NCBI GenBank assembly: GCA_035084275.1
Contig: CM068747.1
Span: forward strand, 13,950,001-14,014,000
Source of the DNA: Hydrolagus colliei
Taxonomy: Eukaryota
Direction: 5' to 3'
DNA: 64,000 nt
Under the pieces are notes generated by a model that was given only the letters and a program-made list of their open reading frames with translations, ran no database searches and was not told the DNA's origin. Of this stretch, positions 48,440-62,041 are shown in pieces (within the stretch, counting starts at the first letter, position 1; the number at the start of each line of letters is the position of its first letter). Made by a program: the position numbers and the translations under genes.

Positions 48440-48780
48440 TGATCTGCTACTACCTCTCCTTGGGTCGCTCATCTATGTTTTTATCAAGTCCAGATTTGAC
48501 TACACCAATTCGACTACTCTTGCTGGGCTTCCCAATTCTTCCCTAAGCTACACACTACTCAGCCCTCTGCAGCTTGTGTTCTTTCCTCTGTGACTTTCCA
48601 AAACCCTACCAACCCTCCAGCTCTCTCCGATCAGCAGGCATTGGCTTGCTTCACGTCCTCCACCCTGGCTGCCTGCCCCACAATTGGCAGTCGGACCTTC
48701 AGCCTTTCTGCCATCACTCTTTTGAATTCCATCCCTTTGCCATGCCCAGTCCCTCGCTTCCTTAAAGGTCCATCTCAATA
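48440..48780 (+). mobile_element. L2 RT C-terminal fragment
   Basis: LIYVFIKSRFDYTNSTTLAGLP resembles the L2 motif [21 protein letters not shown]. Confidence 0.65.
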
Positions 48781-50169
48781 ATAATAATACTACTACTTGC
48801 ATCATTATCCATCCGATTTGAAGGGAGCTATGCAAGTGCAATTTGTTTTGTTTTTATAATCCTTGCATTTGATATAGCGTTTTTAATGTCTTCTAGACGT
48901 CTCAAAGTGCTTCACAGAATATACTGTAAAGTAAATTGACTGTATATTTGTGGGCAAAACGCGGCAGCCAATTGCGCATTGCAGTGTCCCACAAAGTCAT
49001 GGATTGAAATAACCAATTTTTTTTGAGGGATTATTATCATGCCTTCCTCCTTGAGTCATTTTTTCACCCACACCCTCCTAAACATCCCCAGTCAGCCTGA
49101 ATTCGACCCCCAATTTGGGTGCAAACCCTCACCTGGAATGCACCTTGGGATGTCCTCCAGATGTGAAATGCAATTTATTGTTGTTGGATAGTGCTTCTAC
49201 TGAGAGATCCACTGTTTCATTCTGCTCCCGTAAGGTATTAGGCTGACAGATCTATATAATTTACTTTGCACGACTGCCAGATTGGCATGCTATGAAGACA
49301 AAGGACTGACATAGAAATGCCGCTAGTTTGATGAAGTGGACAGTAGTGCTGTTGCCAGTCCATACTTTCATAGCATTGCTATGTATTCGGATTTTAAAAT
49401 AGCTCATGTCCAAATAATTGATCAAACGTAAACGTTTGATATGCCAAGTGCTATGTAAGGGAATAAATGGAAAGGGAGTAAAGGACAGATGAGAAAAGGG
49501 AAACCTGATACTCTAGCATTAAGGCCTATTTAGGTGGCAATCTATCTTGTGCGGACTCTAGGGTTGGTGGCAGGAGCTGCAGCCTCTATACAGCCAGCTT
49601 TGGCACTCTGATCACCTCAATCTAAGGTAAAATACACATTTGATTCAGGACAACTTTTCAGGACAGTATAGAATAAAACAAAGCTGCAGGATGTGCAAGG
49701 ATTCAACAGTTAGGGCTGAATGTGGTGTGTAAGCAACCACAAAAATGAACAAATTGCTCAGCCCAAAGTCTACAGTGCTGTGCCCTGGACACTACCGCAA
49801 AATCATAAGAGCATTCCGCTTGAATGATCACCGTCCTTTCTGATGGAAATGAGAAACAATAGTTCTCATGCATGAGGAATGGCTTCTTCCCACGTTAGGT
49901 CTTTTATTATTAATGTGACTTTTATTAAAGTCAACTAGTTACAGTTGACTTTTTAAAAAACTAATCAAAGGATCCCATTGGTCCTTTCCGGTTCCTAAAA
50001 ATTACAAACATACCTGCCAAACAATCTCCAAATTTGCTGTTATGATTCGTTGAACTGGGGTGTGGGGGAGGAGGTGGAAGAGATTGGATGAGGTAAAGTA
50101 GAGCTATGATGTGTTCATTGAACACTAAAGTCAAAGAGCTTATACAATTAATCTTTTCCAACTATTGGT

Positions 50170-50425
50170 GTTAGCCTAGCTCAGTTGGTTGCACTCTTGC
50201 CAAGTCAGAAGGTTATAAGACCAAACCCCAAGTGGGGACTTTGAGCTCATAGTCTAGGTTGACGCTCTAGTGTGGAGGCTCCATTGTCATCCTTCAGAGA
50301 AGATTCTAAACTGAAGTCTCGTCTGCTTGTTGATATGAACATTAAAGATCCCAGCCTGGTATTCCGGTCAACAATCCCCCAGATACAATTGGTTATTCAC
50401 TTTATTCCTATGTGTGGGACATTGG
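50170..50425 (+). mobile_element. Deu-domain SINE
   Basis: AGCTCAGTTGGTTGCACTCTTGCC...GTCTAGGTTGAC...CCTTCAGAGAAGA...CATTAAAGATCCCA. Confidence 0.7.
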
Positions 50426-50649
50426 AACCCTTTTGAGATATTTTCTCCATGAAATGAGTTCACTATATTGGATTTTTATTATTAAAAGGATGTATTATAT
50501 TCATACAAATTCCATACTGATGTGAATGGAAATCATATGCCTCATGGAGCTTTTAGAGTGGGAAGATGATATTCTTGAGAAATATGAAATGGTACACCTT
50601 GGGGGAGAAGAGTATATCCTAAATAATATAGCTCTTAATAATAAATAGT

Positions 50650-51036
50650 TTATATAATAATAATCATAGCATTTTATATAGCGCCACATTGAGTATTCGA
50701 GATGTCTCAAAGCTTCACAGAATATACTGTATGTTTTGACCGTATATTTTGTGGGAAAAACACAGCAGTCAATTACACACAGCAGTGTCCCACAAACAGT
50801 CTTAGATTGTGTGACCATTTTATTATTATTGGATTGAGTAATCATTTTTTTTAAAGGAATTGTTAGCCCCAGAAGACTGATCTGCCAAGCAACTAATAAC
50901 TGGGTTCCTACTTAATACTAGGTAAAACAAGAGGTGTGGAGAAAGGAAACTTGCCCAAAGTTTCGCCCTGCCAGGAATCAAATCCAGGTCTCTCACTTGT
51001 GAGGTAAGTGCTCTAACCACTGAGCTACAGGACTCC
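50650..51036 (-). mobile_element. tRNA-derived SINE, long subfamily
   Basis: Full-length family match. Confidence 0.85.
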
Positions 51037-52208
51037 CATGATATGCAGTTCTTGGTGCCCCATTACAGAAATCCTTTAGAGAATCAGCACTGCACAATAT
51101 GCTAAATGGCCCCATTCTGTGCCGTAAATGTCTCCTAAAAGACATCAGATCAATGCAAATGAGAATGTTATTTATTTAAAGCAAAATTTACATGTCTAAT
51201 ACCAGAGATAAGTTTATAATTACAAAACTAGGCTAAAATAATTAGATCTGTTTTCATTGGCAGAGAGAATGGGTGGGGATCTAATAAAGGTTTTCAAAAT
51301 GGTTTGAGGGAAAAGACTATAAAAGATAGCATTCTGTTTGGTAAATTGGAAAATAATAGGCCATACATTCTGGCTTGTGACAAGAAGAGTTAAGGGGTGA
51401 TTCAAATAAACTATTTCATTCAGAGGGTTACTGGAATGTGGAACTTTTTGCCACAAATGCAGTGAAGGCTACGAGCGTAAAAATATATAATAGGGATAAT
51501 ACAAAAGTTTACAGGAAAATAAGATTTGAAAAGTTAACACAGTGGGTTGAGGCCTGGATTCAATGTGTGGAATTTCTTTTATGCTGTAATATCTATGATT
51601 CCATCTGAAATTTTGCCTTTGACCCATATGGTTACATCCTTCCACAGTAACAGTCTTAAAGCTTACTAGTACAGCTCAATCCTAGTCTTTGTCTCAGCCA
51701 AGCTTCCCGGTTACCTGTTCCAGCTGTTGACTCTCTTTTGAAAATAATAATCCTTGCATTTGATATAGTGGCTTATCACATCATTGAGAAAACACAGTTC
51801 TTGACTGTATATTTTGTGGGCGAAATGCAGCAGCTATTTAAAATGCACACAGCAATATCCCATGAATAGTTGTCGATTGAGTGAACACATTATCGTTCAT
51901 TTTTTTTTGATGAAGGGATTTACTATATTATAGTAACTGTATCAGTACATAGTATTCCAGAAGCAATCTAACAAAAGCAGTATCCAGTGTTAGCATAACT
52001 TCTGGATACAACAATTAATTTGGCAATGCAGCAGTTTTTATAAAAATTATTGAATGCTTTTTGGACATGAAGCTCCAAGCACTCGACACAGTAGACACTA
52101 TAAAACAAAAAGAGCTTGTGAAACATAAACCTCAATGGAAGAGTAAGACGATTCTGCAGGAAACAGGACGCAATTTCCACCCATATAAAAAACAGAAAAT
52201 GTTGGAAA

Positions 52209-52455
52209 TAAAACAACAAATTACATATGCAGAGTGTCTTTCACGTCGAGAGGACCTCCCTAGAAGGGCAAGATGTGCTAGACAGGCAAGGATATGCACC
52301 CATGTTGAGGGTTGGGATCAGGATGGGTGGGGGTAGGAAGATGACTGAAGGCACGGTCGAAGAGGAAAGTCTTGAGACATGCCTTGAAGGAGGCAAGGGA
52401 GGGGGGTGAGATGAAAGGACTGTGGGATGGAGTACCAAAGGGTGGGAGGCAAAAT
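52209..52455 (-). mobile_element. L2 3' end and tail
   Basis: LASFKACLKTFLFDRAF C-terminus followed by the L2 tail with TTG repeats. Confidence 0.75.
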
Positions 52456-53122
52456 GCAAAGGATGACAATTAGAATAAATTAAGAGTGGTACCCAAAACA
52501 TCCATCGGACTTTCTCAAGCAGATGTCAATTTGGCTGCAGTAGATTCCTATATATAGAGTATTGTGGTTTCGGATTTCTAATGCTGTTTTTATTTTGACA
52601 TTAAACATCTTTCCTGTCTGTTTATCTAAATTAGCAGAATGTTGTAATATTGCTTAAAAAAGAGATTAAAACAACAGGCAGCCACTTTACAATACAAGTA
52701 ATGTACTGTGTTGTCTACTTGGAGGAGGATACAGTACATATAAAATTTTGTTTTCACTCAGCACTTTTTCATTCCAACACCTGAGTCCAAAATCTCTGGA
52801 GAGGGTGCAGTGAGGGAAGTAATTGTCACTACAGTGATAGATGGAAGCAAAAATCTGTGAAGTGAACATTTAGTGTACGTCTCTCTTGGGATCAACTGGT
52901 AGGGTAACTGTGACTCAATTGTTCACTGAGCTCTGGGAAAATTGTGTGCTTGGGATGAGACCTCGAAGGTTCTATCGCTATGGCTTCATGAAGTATCAGA
53001 AATCAGATGTAATAGTGGTATAATTATACATCCTGATGTTAATGTGGAGAATTTAAGATGAACATCCAGGAACAATCTAGTGACAGAGACTTACAAAAGT
53101 TAGAATCAAACACACTATGAAG

Positions 53123-53481
53123 TAGGGTCCGTCGATATGGAAATTTTCCGATATCAATATATTGGTGGGCTCATATCGATATATACCGATATCGCCAGTT
53201 TTTTTTATACTGCGCATTCGCACGCGCATTAGGAGGTGTGCGTGCGCATTCCGATATGTGCGCGCATTCCATGCTCTAGGCTCAGGAGGTTTGCAATGCC
53301 GGCGACAAGGTAAGTTGAAAAAGTTCGCATTATACCGATATATCGAAATATCGCCGGACACGATATACCGATATACCAATATTTTCTTTATATACCGAAT
53401 TTTTCGATATACCGATATATTCAAATTTCCGATATTGGCAAATCGATATGAAAAATTATACCGATATATCTCCGAACAGTA
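53123..53481. mobile_element. CpG-rich hAT (Ac-like) MITE
   Basis: Perfect 8-bp TSD ctatgaag (53115-53122, 53482-53489). Imperfect TIRs TAGGGTCCGTCGATAT / ATATCTCCGAACAGTA. Many subterminal CGATAT motifs. Confidence 0.85.
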
Positions 53482-54317
53482 CTATGAAGGTTAAAAAGGT
53501 CATGTAAAATAAAAGGGTGGAGATATTTCTCAGAGCAAGAAGCTCCAGTTCAATTAGAAAAACATTCATAATTCATTAAGTGTCCTTGGGCTCCGTCATT
53601 GTGAAGCGCTTGGAGATGCCGCCCAGCATGGATGGTGCTATATACATAAACGCAAGTTGTTGTTATCACCATGACAGAAGATTTTGAGCAACCCAATCAA
53701 TCCAATTATCTGGATAAGGTGCGTTAGGTGCTTTAATTGGAAGTAAGACTACCACAATCACCCAGATTATTTTTTTGTCTTCCTTGTGAGATGACAGCAA
53801 TTCCTATCTGTTTGGCAGGTTGGATGGAGGAAAGAATTAAACAAACACATTACTGTGTGGGCATGTTGCGTGAGGTAGAATCAATCGTGATTGTAGTTTT
53901 TTCACTCCATGGTAAAGATAGCAGCCAATGTACAGAATACCTCAAATAAGGATTACTATTAGTATTATTATAATAATTATTATAAGTCTTATCAATTGGG
54001 ACAATATGTTTAATCTAATTCACGCAATTTATGAGTTAAATGAAACTATGTAATAGGGAATACAACGGCACTTGGGCAAACGTACGACTATATGATTGAT
54101 ATAGATCAAACTTATTCTAATGTTGCACTTCTTCTCAAACTAAATAATGGCCACTAGGACAAAATATTCCAGGTGCTGGAACCTATGGAATGCCAGCGTC
54201 AGTTGCTGGCATCAGAAAGTGAGGGAGAGTGAAATCATGAAATTTTGCACTATAAAAATGCATCAATATGAATAATATTTTTAAAAGAAAAGTATAGCAA
54301 TTCAACAACAAATTATA

Positions 54318-54870
54318 ATATAATAATCCTTGCATTTGATATAGCACTTTCCACATCTTATCAACGTCCCAAAGCGCTTCACAGAATATACTGTAAAGTG
54401 AATTGACTGTATATATTTGTGGGCGAATCGCGGCAGCCAATTGCGCACAGCAGTGTCCCACACAGTCGTGGAATGAAATGACCAATTTTATTATTGTGTT
54501 TTTTTTTTGGAGGGATTATTATCAGGCGTGTGGAGTAAGGAAACTTGCCCAAGGTTTCGCCCTGACCTGCCTGGATTCGAACACAGGTCTCCCCAGCTTG
54601 CAAGACAAGTGCTCTAACCACTGAGCCACAGTAGCTCCACATCTTATATAATGTGAAATTGCATTTCACATTATTGTTAATAAACCTTGCAATTGATATA
54701 GCGCTTTTCAAGTCTTCTAGACATCTCATATACTGTAAAGTGAATTGACTGTATATACGCGGGCGAAACGTGGCAGCCAAGTGCGCACAGCAGTGTCCAC
54801 AAAATGTTGTGGATTGAAGTGACCAAATTTTTTGGAAGGATTATTATTAGCCATGTGGAGTAAGGAAATA
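54318..54870 (-). mobile_element. Two tandem tRNA-derived SINEs (54318-54638 full; about 54680-54870 headless)
   Basis: Family match; the first copy is close to consensus with many CpGs intact. Confidence 0.85.
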
Positions 54871-55026
54871 ATGTATTCATAGTACCTGTCAAGTTGAAGC
54901 TACCCACCTTGGTAAAACTACTAGTTTGATTTCACTAAGGTTTAAATATTCAGTCATCCACATCCAAGTACATTAAGTACTACAATGCAAGGAACATTAT
55001 GCGCTAGCTAGGCAGGGTAGAGTTTA

Positions 55027-55238
55027 NNNNNNNNNNNNNNNNNNNNNNNNNNNNNNNNNNNNNNNNNNNNNNNNNNNNNNNNNNNNNNNNNNNNNNNNNN
55101 NNNNNNNNNNNNNNNNNNNNNNNNNNNNNNNNNNNNNNNNNNNNNNNNNNNNNNNNNNNNNNNNNNNNNNNNNNNNNNNNNNNNNNNNNNNNNNNNNNNN
55201 NNNNNNNNNNNNNNNNNNNNNNNNNNNNNNNNNNNNNN
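55027..55238. other. Assembly gap (212 N)
   Basis: Run of N. Confidence 1.
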
Positions 55239-55499
55239 GAGAGAGGAGAGAGACACAGAGACACAGAGCGAAAAACACAGAGATGGAGAGAGTGAGTTGA
55301 GTGTGAGAGACACAGAGAGAGATATTTACCTCCTGAGGACATAGGCCCCAAATGCGCGCGCACCTCCGAATGCGTGCGCACCTCGCAACGCGCGCACATG
55401 TGCAGTACGAAAACCCTGAAAATATCGATATATTGGTATATCTCGATATGAGCCCATCGATATATTGAAATCAGAAAATTTCCATATCGATGGACCCTA
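55239..55499 (-). mobile_element. Second, partial copy of the CGATAT-rich hAT MITE with an internal GA-rich microsatellite; runs into the gap
   Basis: 55330-55499 is a diverged reverse complement of the left part of 53123-53290 (ends ATATCGATGGACCCTA). Confidence 0.75.
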
Positions 55500-55572
55500 T
55501 TATAGACTGGAGCAAGGCGTGCAAATTGCACTTAAAATCTTGTTATGGAGTCTTCCATTCAGTTAAGTATAT

Positions 55573-55869
55573 CATGTCTTTGAGACGTTTCAAAGCGCTT
55601 TACAGAATATACTGCAAATTGTGTGGACGAAACACAGCAGCCAATTGGGCACATCAGCATCTCACAAACACTAGTGGATTGAGTGACCAAATTATTTTTC
55701 TTTGAAGCAATTATTTCCCCAGAAAAGCTACCTGGGTTCCTACCTACTGCTAGGTAAACAGAGGCATATGGAGTAAGGAAACTTGTCTAACGTTTTGCCT
55801 TGGCCAGGAATCTAACCTACGTCTCTCGCTTGCGAGGCAAGTGCTCTAACCACTGAACTGCAGGACTGC
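55573..55869 (-). mobile_element. tRNA-derived SINE, long subfamily
   Basis: Family head and body; tail truncated. Confidence 0.8.
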
Positions 55870-56704
55870 ATGATGGCAGAATACGATAAGAAACCCAACA
55901 TCCACTATAAAATATGGAGTCCTTTTTCATAACTCCCACACACGAATGTGCTGTCACTTAGCTCTGAGAAGCTTTTATCTCTTATTTTGAAATTCCATTA
56001 AGGAATAGAAAAATTATGAACAGGTTATAGATTGGCCCAAAACAATTAATAAAAAATATTCACGTGGGAAGTAACTTGTTGAAATTCCTGGCTTACCTTT
56101 TAAGATTCCTTAGTATCATAAATATAATATTGACTTGGTGCATAAATGTTTAATTTGCAGATAGCACCAATAACAACAAAATTACATTTGTATTGCGCTT
56201 TTCAGGTCAGGAAGTTAGGAAATGAGGGGAGGGAAGGGAAAAGATGACGGAGGAGGAAAAGGGAGGCAAGATCTCACAAAGAGAGCTTGATAAAGAAACA
56301 AAGCACGTGGTTGCCCACTGACAAGTGCAGTTTACTACAGGTAAATGCAAGTCACTATATATGTGAAGTAAAAATAAAACGTATCGACACTCACTCCATC
56401 AATAGTTGGAAGTTGAATAAAACCTAAAAGAGTTAGTTGACTTGTCACTCACCAGCTTCAAACAGCAACAGCAAACACAGTAAACAAAACAACAACAACA
56501 ACTTCGATTTATATAGCGCCCTCCACGCCGGATGGCGTCTCAGAGCGCTTCAATATGCTGGACTATATAAAATATATATAATACAACTCTTGCGATACAG
56601 GGGTGATTTAGAAAAATATAACCCTTGCATTCATAGCGTGAAGCGTTTTGAGACGTCGATAAGATGTGGAAAGCACTATATATGTAAAGATTATTACTAT
56701 TATT

Positions 56705-57028
56705 CAAGTCTTCTAGACATCTCAAAGTGCTTCACACTGTATATCGTAAAGTGAATTGTCTGTATATTTTGTGGACAAAATGCAGGAGCGTGTGCCAATT
56801 GCACACAGCAGTGTCCCACACACAGTTGTGGATTGACGTGACCAATTTTTTTGGAAGGAATTATCCTCGGTAAAGCGATCTGCCATCGACTAACAACCTA
56901 TTTATTGCTAGGTAAACCGAGGCATGTGGAGTAAAGAAAGTTGGCTACAGTTTTGCCCTGCCCAGGAATCGAACCCAGGACCTCTCACTTGCAAGGAAAG
57001 TGCTCTAACCACTAAGCCGCAGGATTCC
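56705..57028 (-). mobile_element. tRNA-derived SINE, long subfamily
   Basis: Head with GGTTCGATTCC B box, family body. Confidence 0.8.
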
Positions 57029-59817
57029 AGTTGAATTCGGATCCCCACAAGTCATGGCTCAAACTATACACTGTTATCATCAGGCCAGGGGCACGGCATA
57101 TATTGTAATTCTGGTTGCCATGAGAACATAGAGGTGAAATAATTAGTTCTCGTTCCTCCACAATGAAAGTAATCCCAACACATTAGATAAAGTGAACTCT
57201 GTTCTCAAGAATCAGTAAAGAATTTACTGAGTTAAATTTTTTTTACACAAATAAAACTGACAAAACTTTACCTCAAAACCCAGTTCAATTTTGTTTAAAA
57301 AAAAGTCAGTTTTCCAATAAGCAACATCAGAAAGTATTCAGCACCACTTTTTCTTTAAATTAGAAGATTGCAGTAAAAGTCGTTGTACAATATAAGTTTC
57401 AACATTAAACTGACTGGTTTATGGTTTAAAATAAAGCAGGACAACTGCCTAGCTTTTTAATGCTTGAATGAAAAATACTATGGAGTGGAAGCAAATGGGA
57501 CTCGATGGGTACATTAAAATTTGATGCTCAGCCGAGAATTATTAAGTCAGGTATTCTTACATCTGGAGTAGGGAACAGGCACATTTTATCAAATTTCAAC
57601 TTCTGTGCCTCAGGCAAAAGGCCAAAATGAATGCCATGTAATTGAGAAGCTGGATCGTCAGACTATTTTGTGGCCCTAAATTAAATTATTCCAAACATAA
57701 AATGACATACAGAACACCACTGATCATTTGCAAACAGTCCACTTCAACCCTCTGGTAGCTTAAATCTTAAAAACTTTCCATTACAGAAGATTTCTATGAA
57801 ATAGATTTTCTATGAAAAATTAGAAAATCAAACCAAGTATTTCTACAATATTGCAGTATTAATATAATAGAACACAATTTGGAGACTGGGTATGTAATTG
57901 TGTAAATTACAATGATTATAAAAACAATATATCTTACATGAATTCATATTACAAAATTTATGACCCTTACAACCATATTAGTGTCGCTTTGATTCTCAAA
58001 TGCAGGATCCAATGTCGCTGCTATACTGCTTTATTCAGGGATTGGATTGACAGAGAGAGAAATAGCATACAAGCAAAAGGTTAGGTATGCATCTGAGCAG
58101 GATAGCTAGGCAGTACCAATTGCACATTTGTTTTTGCAGAATCAAAAGAAGCAACTGTCCAAAAAAATACACCTTTGGTCAGATATTCGCACGAGAGTGA
58201 TGAAAGCTGAGATATAAAAAATATCACCAGGAACACAAGCCACTTATTTACTCAAGAAAAGCGTAAATCAAGATTTCATTAACGATGATTGCTCCCCACT
58301 TTTTGATAAATTATTTTTTAGTACTCCCAAAAGCTTTTTTTAAAAAAAAATACAAGATCCCCATGGCGGTACAAAGAATAGATAAACAAACTCACTGGTA
58401 CAGTTGAAGCCATATAGCACACAACACCAGAGTAATTGAAGATCAATTCAAAGATAGACAAGAGTTAAAAGCAATGGCAAATTATACAGTACTACAGAGT
58501 GCCCCTTGTGGGAGTTTGTGACTGTAATTTTCATTCAGGGAATGTTTGGAGAAATTTCACAGGTGTAATTTTATTTATGTTCATCTTCACTCCTGACAAG
58601 GATTTTATTTAGAGATTTCAAACCTAAAGTGTTTCATTTCAATACTTAGCTGCATTGCATACACAGTAGATTCAGCAGGGAATGGACAGTTCTAGAAAAT
58701 CCATCTGAATTATCAGGTAATTCCTTGAACCTTTTGATTTATTAATTCTACCTGAGAACCTGTACATCATATTAACTATTACAATGAATCATGGTGGAAA
58801 CTATTTTATTGTAATTGTAGTTGCGTAGGAACTATACCATTATGAATTCTAGTTTCATCCCATGCATTTACTATACTAACACAGATGCTACTAACAATAA
58901 TTAAAAATATTGGTAACTGACTATTTGTTAATCTCTGTTTGTGGGACACTGCTGTACACAATTAGCTGCTGTTTTTCGCCCACAAAATACAGTCAAACCA
59001 CTTTACAATATATTCTGTGAAGCTCTTTCAGATACCTCAATGGCGAGATAAGGCACTATACCAAATGTAAGTATTATTATAGGTTATTATCAGTGAAGTT
59101 AGATCAACTAACAAAAATAATAAGAATTTTTTTTAAAGAATGGCTCTTCAGCTAAAGATCTAATTATACAAAGTGAAGAGCATCTATAATGCTTTAGAAA
59201 ACATAAAATATTTTGAGGACAGCTGTCCCCTCTTTTTTAAGCACAGGAATATGGGTTGCAACAGTATTTTTTGTACGACGCACAACAGTGAGTAACAGAT
59301 GGAAAATATCTGTATTGCATTCAACATTCATCACCATCGATACTTCAGTCAGTGTTTGGCATCTTGTCAAATAAAGAAATCCACAAAGCAGGAATTCACT
59401 ACGAAGATCTCATATGTTCCTAATTTTTTGTTTGCTGTGTGTAAGTTGAAAACAAATCTATCTCTTGCAATTACTATGCTGATGGTCACTCGAGTTGGGA
59501 CTGAATATCTAAACCCACGTGCAGCAAACAGCATCTACCTATTTTCTGGATGTACCTTCTGTGAGAAGTACCTCCGCTCACTCTGATCCAGTCATTCCAG
59601 CGGGTACACATGAATAGTTCAGGAATAAAACTCCCTTATGGTTTCCATTTTCCTTCCATGTGAGGCTGTCAGACTTCTCAATACTAATGCAGCTGAGATC
59701 AGGAGCTCAGCAGAATTGGGAAAGTACAAAGACAAATTAGTCATCACCACATGTTCCAAACTAAGTCTTGATTCCCAATCTGACATTATAATTGTGGAGT
59801 CTTTTAACTCAGTGGGT

Positions 59818-60060
59818 GGAATCCTGTAGCTCACTAGTTAAGAACACTCGCCTTACAAGCGAAACCTGGGTTTGATTCCAGGCAGGGTGAAACCTTGGGC
59901 AAGTTTGCTAATGACACATATTTGATAATAATCCCTCCCAAAAAATAATCGGTCATTTCAATCCATGCCTTTGTGGGATACTGCTGTGCGCAATTGGCTG
60001 CCGCGCTTTGCCCACATATACAGTCAATTCACTTTACATTATATTCCATGAAGCACTTTT
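59818..60060 (+). mobile_element. tRNA-derived SINE, short subfamily
   Basis: Family head and body. Confidence 0.8.
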
Positions 60061-60609
60061 ATGATTGTTGTTATAATTTCACCCATTGTATGAATATGAA
60101 CCCATGGATCCAATTATGATTTGTGTAATCTCGTAGTGTTATAAAGTAACATGATTTTTTTTAAAGATAAATCAACTAAGCCCCAAATTTGGTTTAAGCT
60201 ATTTTCACCATCAGTCAAACATCATGTACAACGGGATAATTTAATTAAAAAAACCTAGGAAGTCCTTTAATCCCCCAGAATGTGAAAATGTGTGGTAATC
60301 CCGTTTTGAAGGTTCACAAACCACAGCATCCAAAACTTTGGAAAAAATGCATTGCAGTACAGTGGATGAAGGGATTTGCATAAAACTCAATCTCAGTCAC
60401 ATTGCAGCACCATTCATTCCTGGCGAGTTTATTAGTCTCCTTGAAACTATTCGAAGATGCATTGAAAACATCTTGGGAACAGGTAAGTGCTATAGGAGAC
60501 CACATGAACAGCGCTATATGAAAACGAGTTGTTGTTCACCTACCATCATAATCAGTTAATTTCCTATTATGTCACCTAATGGTGTTCTTCAGATGAGACA
60601 TGAAACTAT

Positions 60610-61030
60610 GGTCCTCCTTGCCCCTATTATAACAGTCCTTATCAAGCTCCACTGGTTCCCAATCATTGAACAGATTGAGTTCAAGATCCTCTCAGTCTTT
60701 TCAATCATTTCATTCCCTCGTACCTCCTTACCTATCCAACATGCTTACCCCCAGTTCAGCACCTGCTTCCTCCACTCCGCCGACTCCAGCCTGCTATTTA
60801 TCCTGGCCGTGACTTCAGCCACCACATCCCGAAACTCTGGAACTCTCTCTCTCCGCCTTGCCCACTCCTCCTCCACCTTCAAATCTCACCTAAAGACCTT
60901 TCTTTTTTGATCATGTGCATGGTCACCTCCCATCTCCCTATGCCCATGGCTCTGGGTCAGGCTTCACCACTGTGAAGTGCTCTGGGATGCTACTCTGTGT
61001 GATGGGCGCTATGTAAATGCAATTTATCGT
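60610..61030 (+). mobile_element. L2 3' end
   Basis: PIITVLIKLHWFPIIEQIEFKIL...STFKSHLKTFLF and tail GTGAAGTGCTCTGGGATG...GGGCGCTATGTAAATGCAA. Confidence 0.75.
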
Positions 61031-61936
61031 CATTGTCCCACGGGCTTCTTTCCATGGTGGATATCAAAGATAGAACTTTTGAAAGGAGAAGGGAGTTTGT
61101 CTCCCCGTGTCCTCGCCAGCAATCATGGCTGTTTTTAGGACATTGCTGTGCACAAATTGGCTGTCATTTAAGTCTACAAATACATGGTCAGTATACTTTA
61201 CAGAAACTTTACAGTAACTCTGTGAAACACATTGAAATGTTTTAATTTGCTGTATGAAATACAAATATTATAACAAAAACAATATTTTTTCAGGGAACAG
61301 AGGGTAAATGAGTGGGTAATTTGATGAAACCAGTTGGAATAGTTTCACTCTAGTTATCATGGATTGACCTAAGCCAGAAATACCATTCTGCCAGCTTAGC
61401 TAAAAGGAGACGACATAGCAACAAGCATTCACTGCTGTTTACACCAGAGGCTTTCAAATACAAGGTCATGATTTGAATATAAGCTGCAGTAATGTCAAGT
61501 CTGCTTGTTCGATTCAGAATTGATTGCAGCCTGTATCCAAATTTTGCCAGAAACATGTCCAAATGTCCAAGTTTCAATGTGAAGAAATAATGAACGTGCT
61601 ATTCAGTAAAACTTCAAACAATGAGTTATTGGATGAGTTAAAAGTAAATCACATTTTAAAGTTTAAGAAGTGCTCACTTCGGGGAGTACTCTTAACATGA
61701 AGAAGATGTGAGGGAGGGAATTCATCCCCAACACATACTACAAAAATTGAGGATACTGTGACAGATTTATTTTACACAAAGTGAATGCCAAATTTGATTG
61801 CGATAGTGGTTAACATCCAAATCTCTGTATATCAACCAAAAGGGTGTGTGTCATTTGTATTAATGTAGTGCAATAGAGTTAAGTAAGAAACTGCAGTCCT
61901 CCTTTTGAAGGCTCATGCGTAAGCAGTTAGGCTTAC

Positions 61937-62041
61937 CAGATGCTGATTGAACCCTTCTCCTGCTAGAATGAGAGACAAGATTTCAGTGCCACCAAGAGAT
62001 TTGTAACTGCAGCATGATAAAAGATCCGATACAATTGGCAT
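61937..62041 (-). other. Candidate 5'UTR exon of MBD5 (105 nt)
   Basis: Acceptor ctatttcttgcttcag and donor CTG|gtaagc, in repeat-free sequence. Confidence 0.45.

Noticed and set aside
53130-53470. Repeated CGATAT motifs as a CRISPR-like or iteron array
   Set aside because: Irregular 6-bp motifs bounded by TIRs and a TSD, with no constant repeat-spacer period; eukaryotic context.
53077-53494. Overlapping YR/IS-rich ORFs on both strands
   Set aside because: Artefact of the CGATAT repeats in the hAT MITE.
55004-55531. ORFs spanning the N run
   Set aside because: Open only because of the assembly gap.
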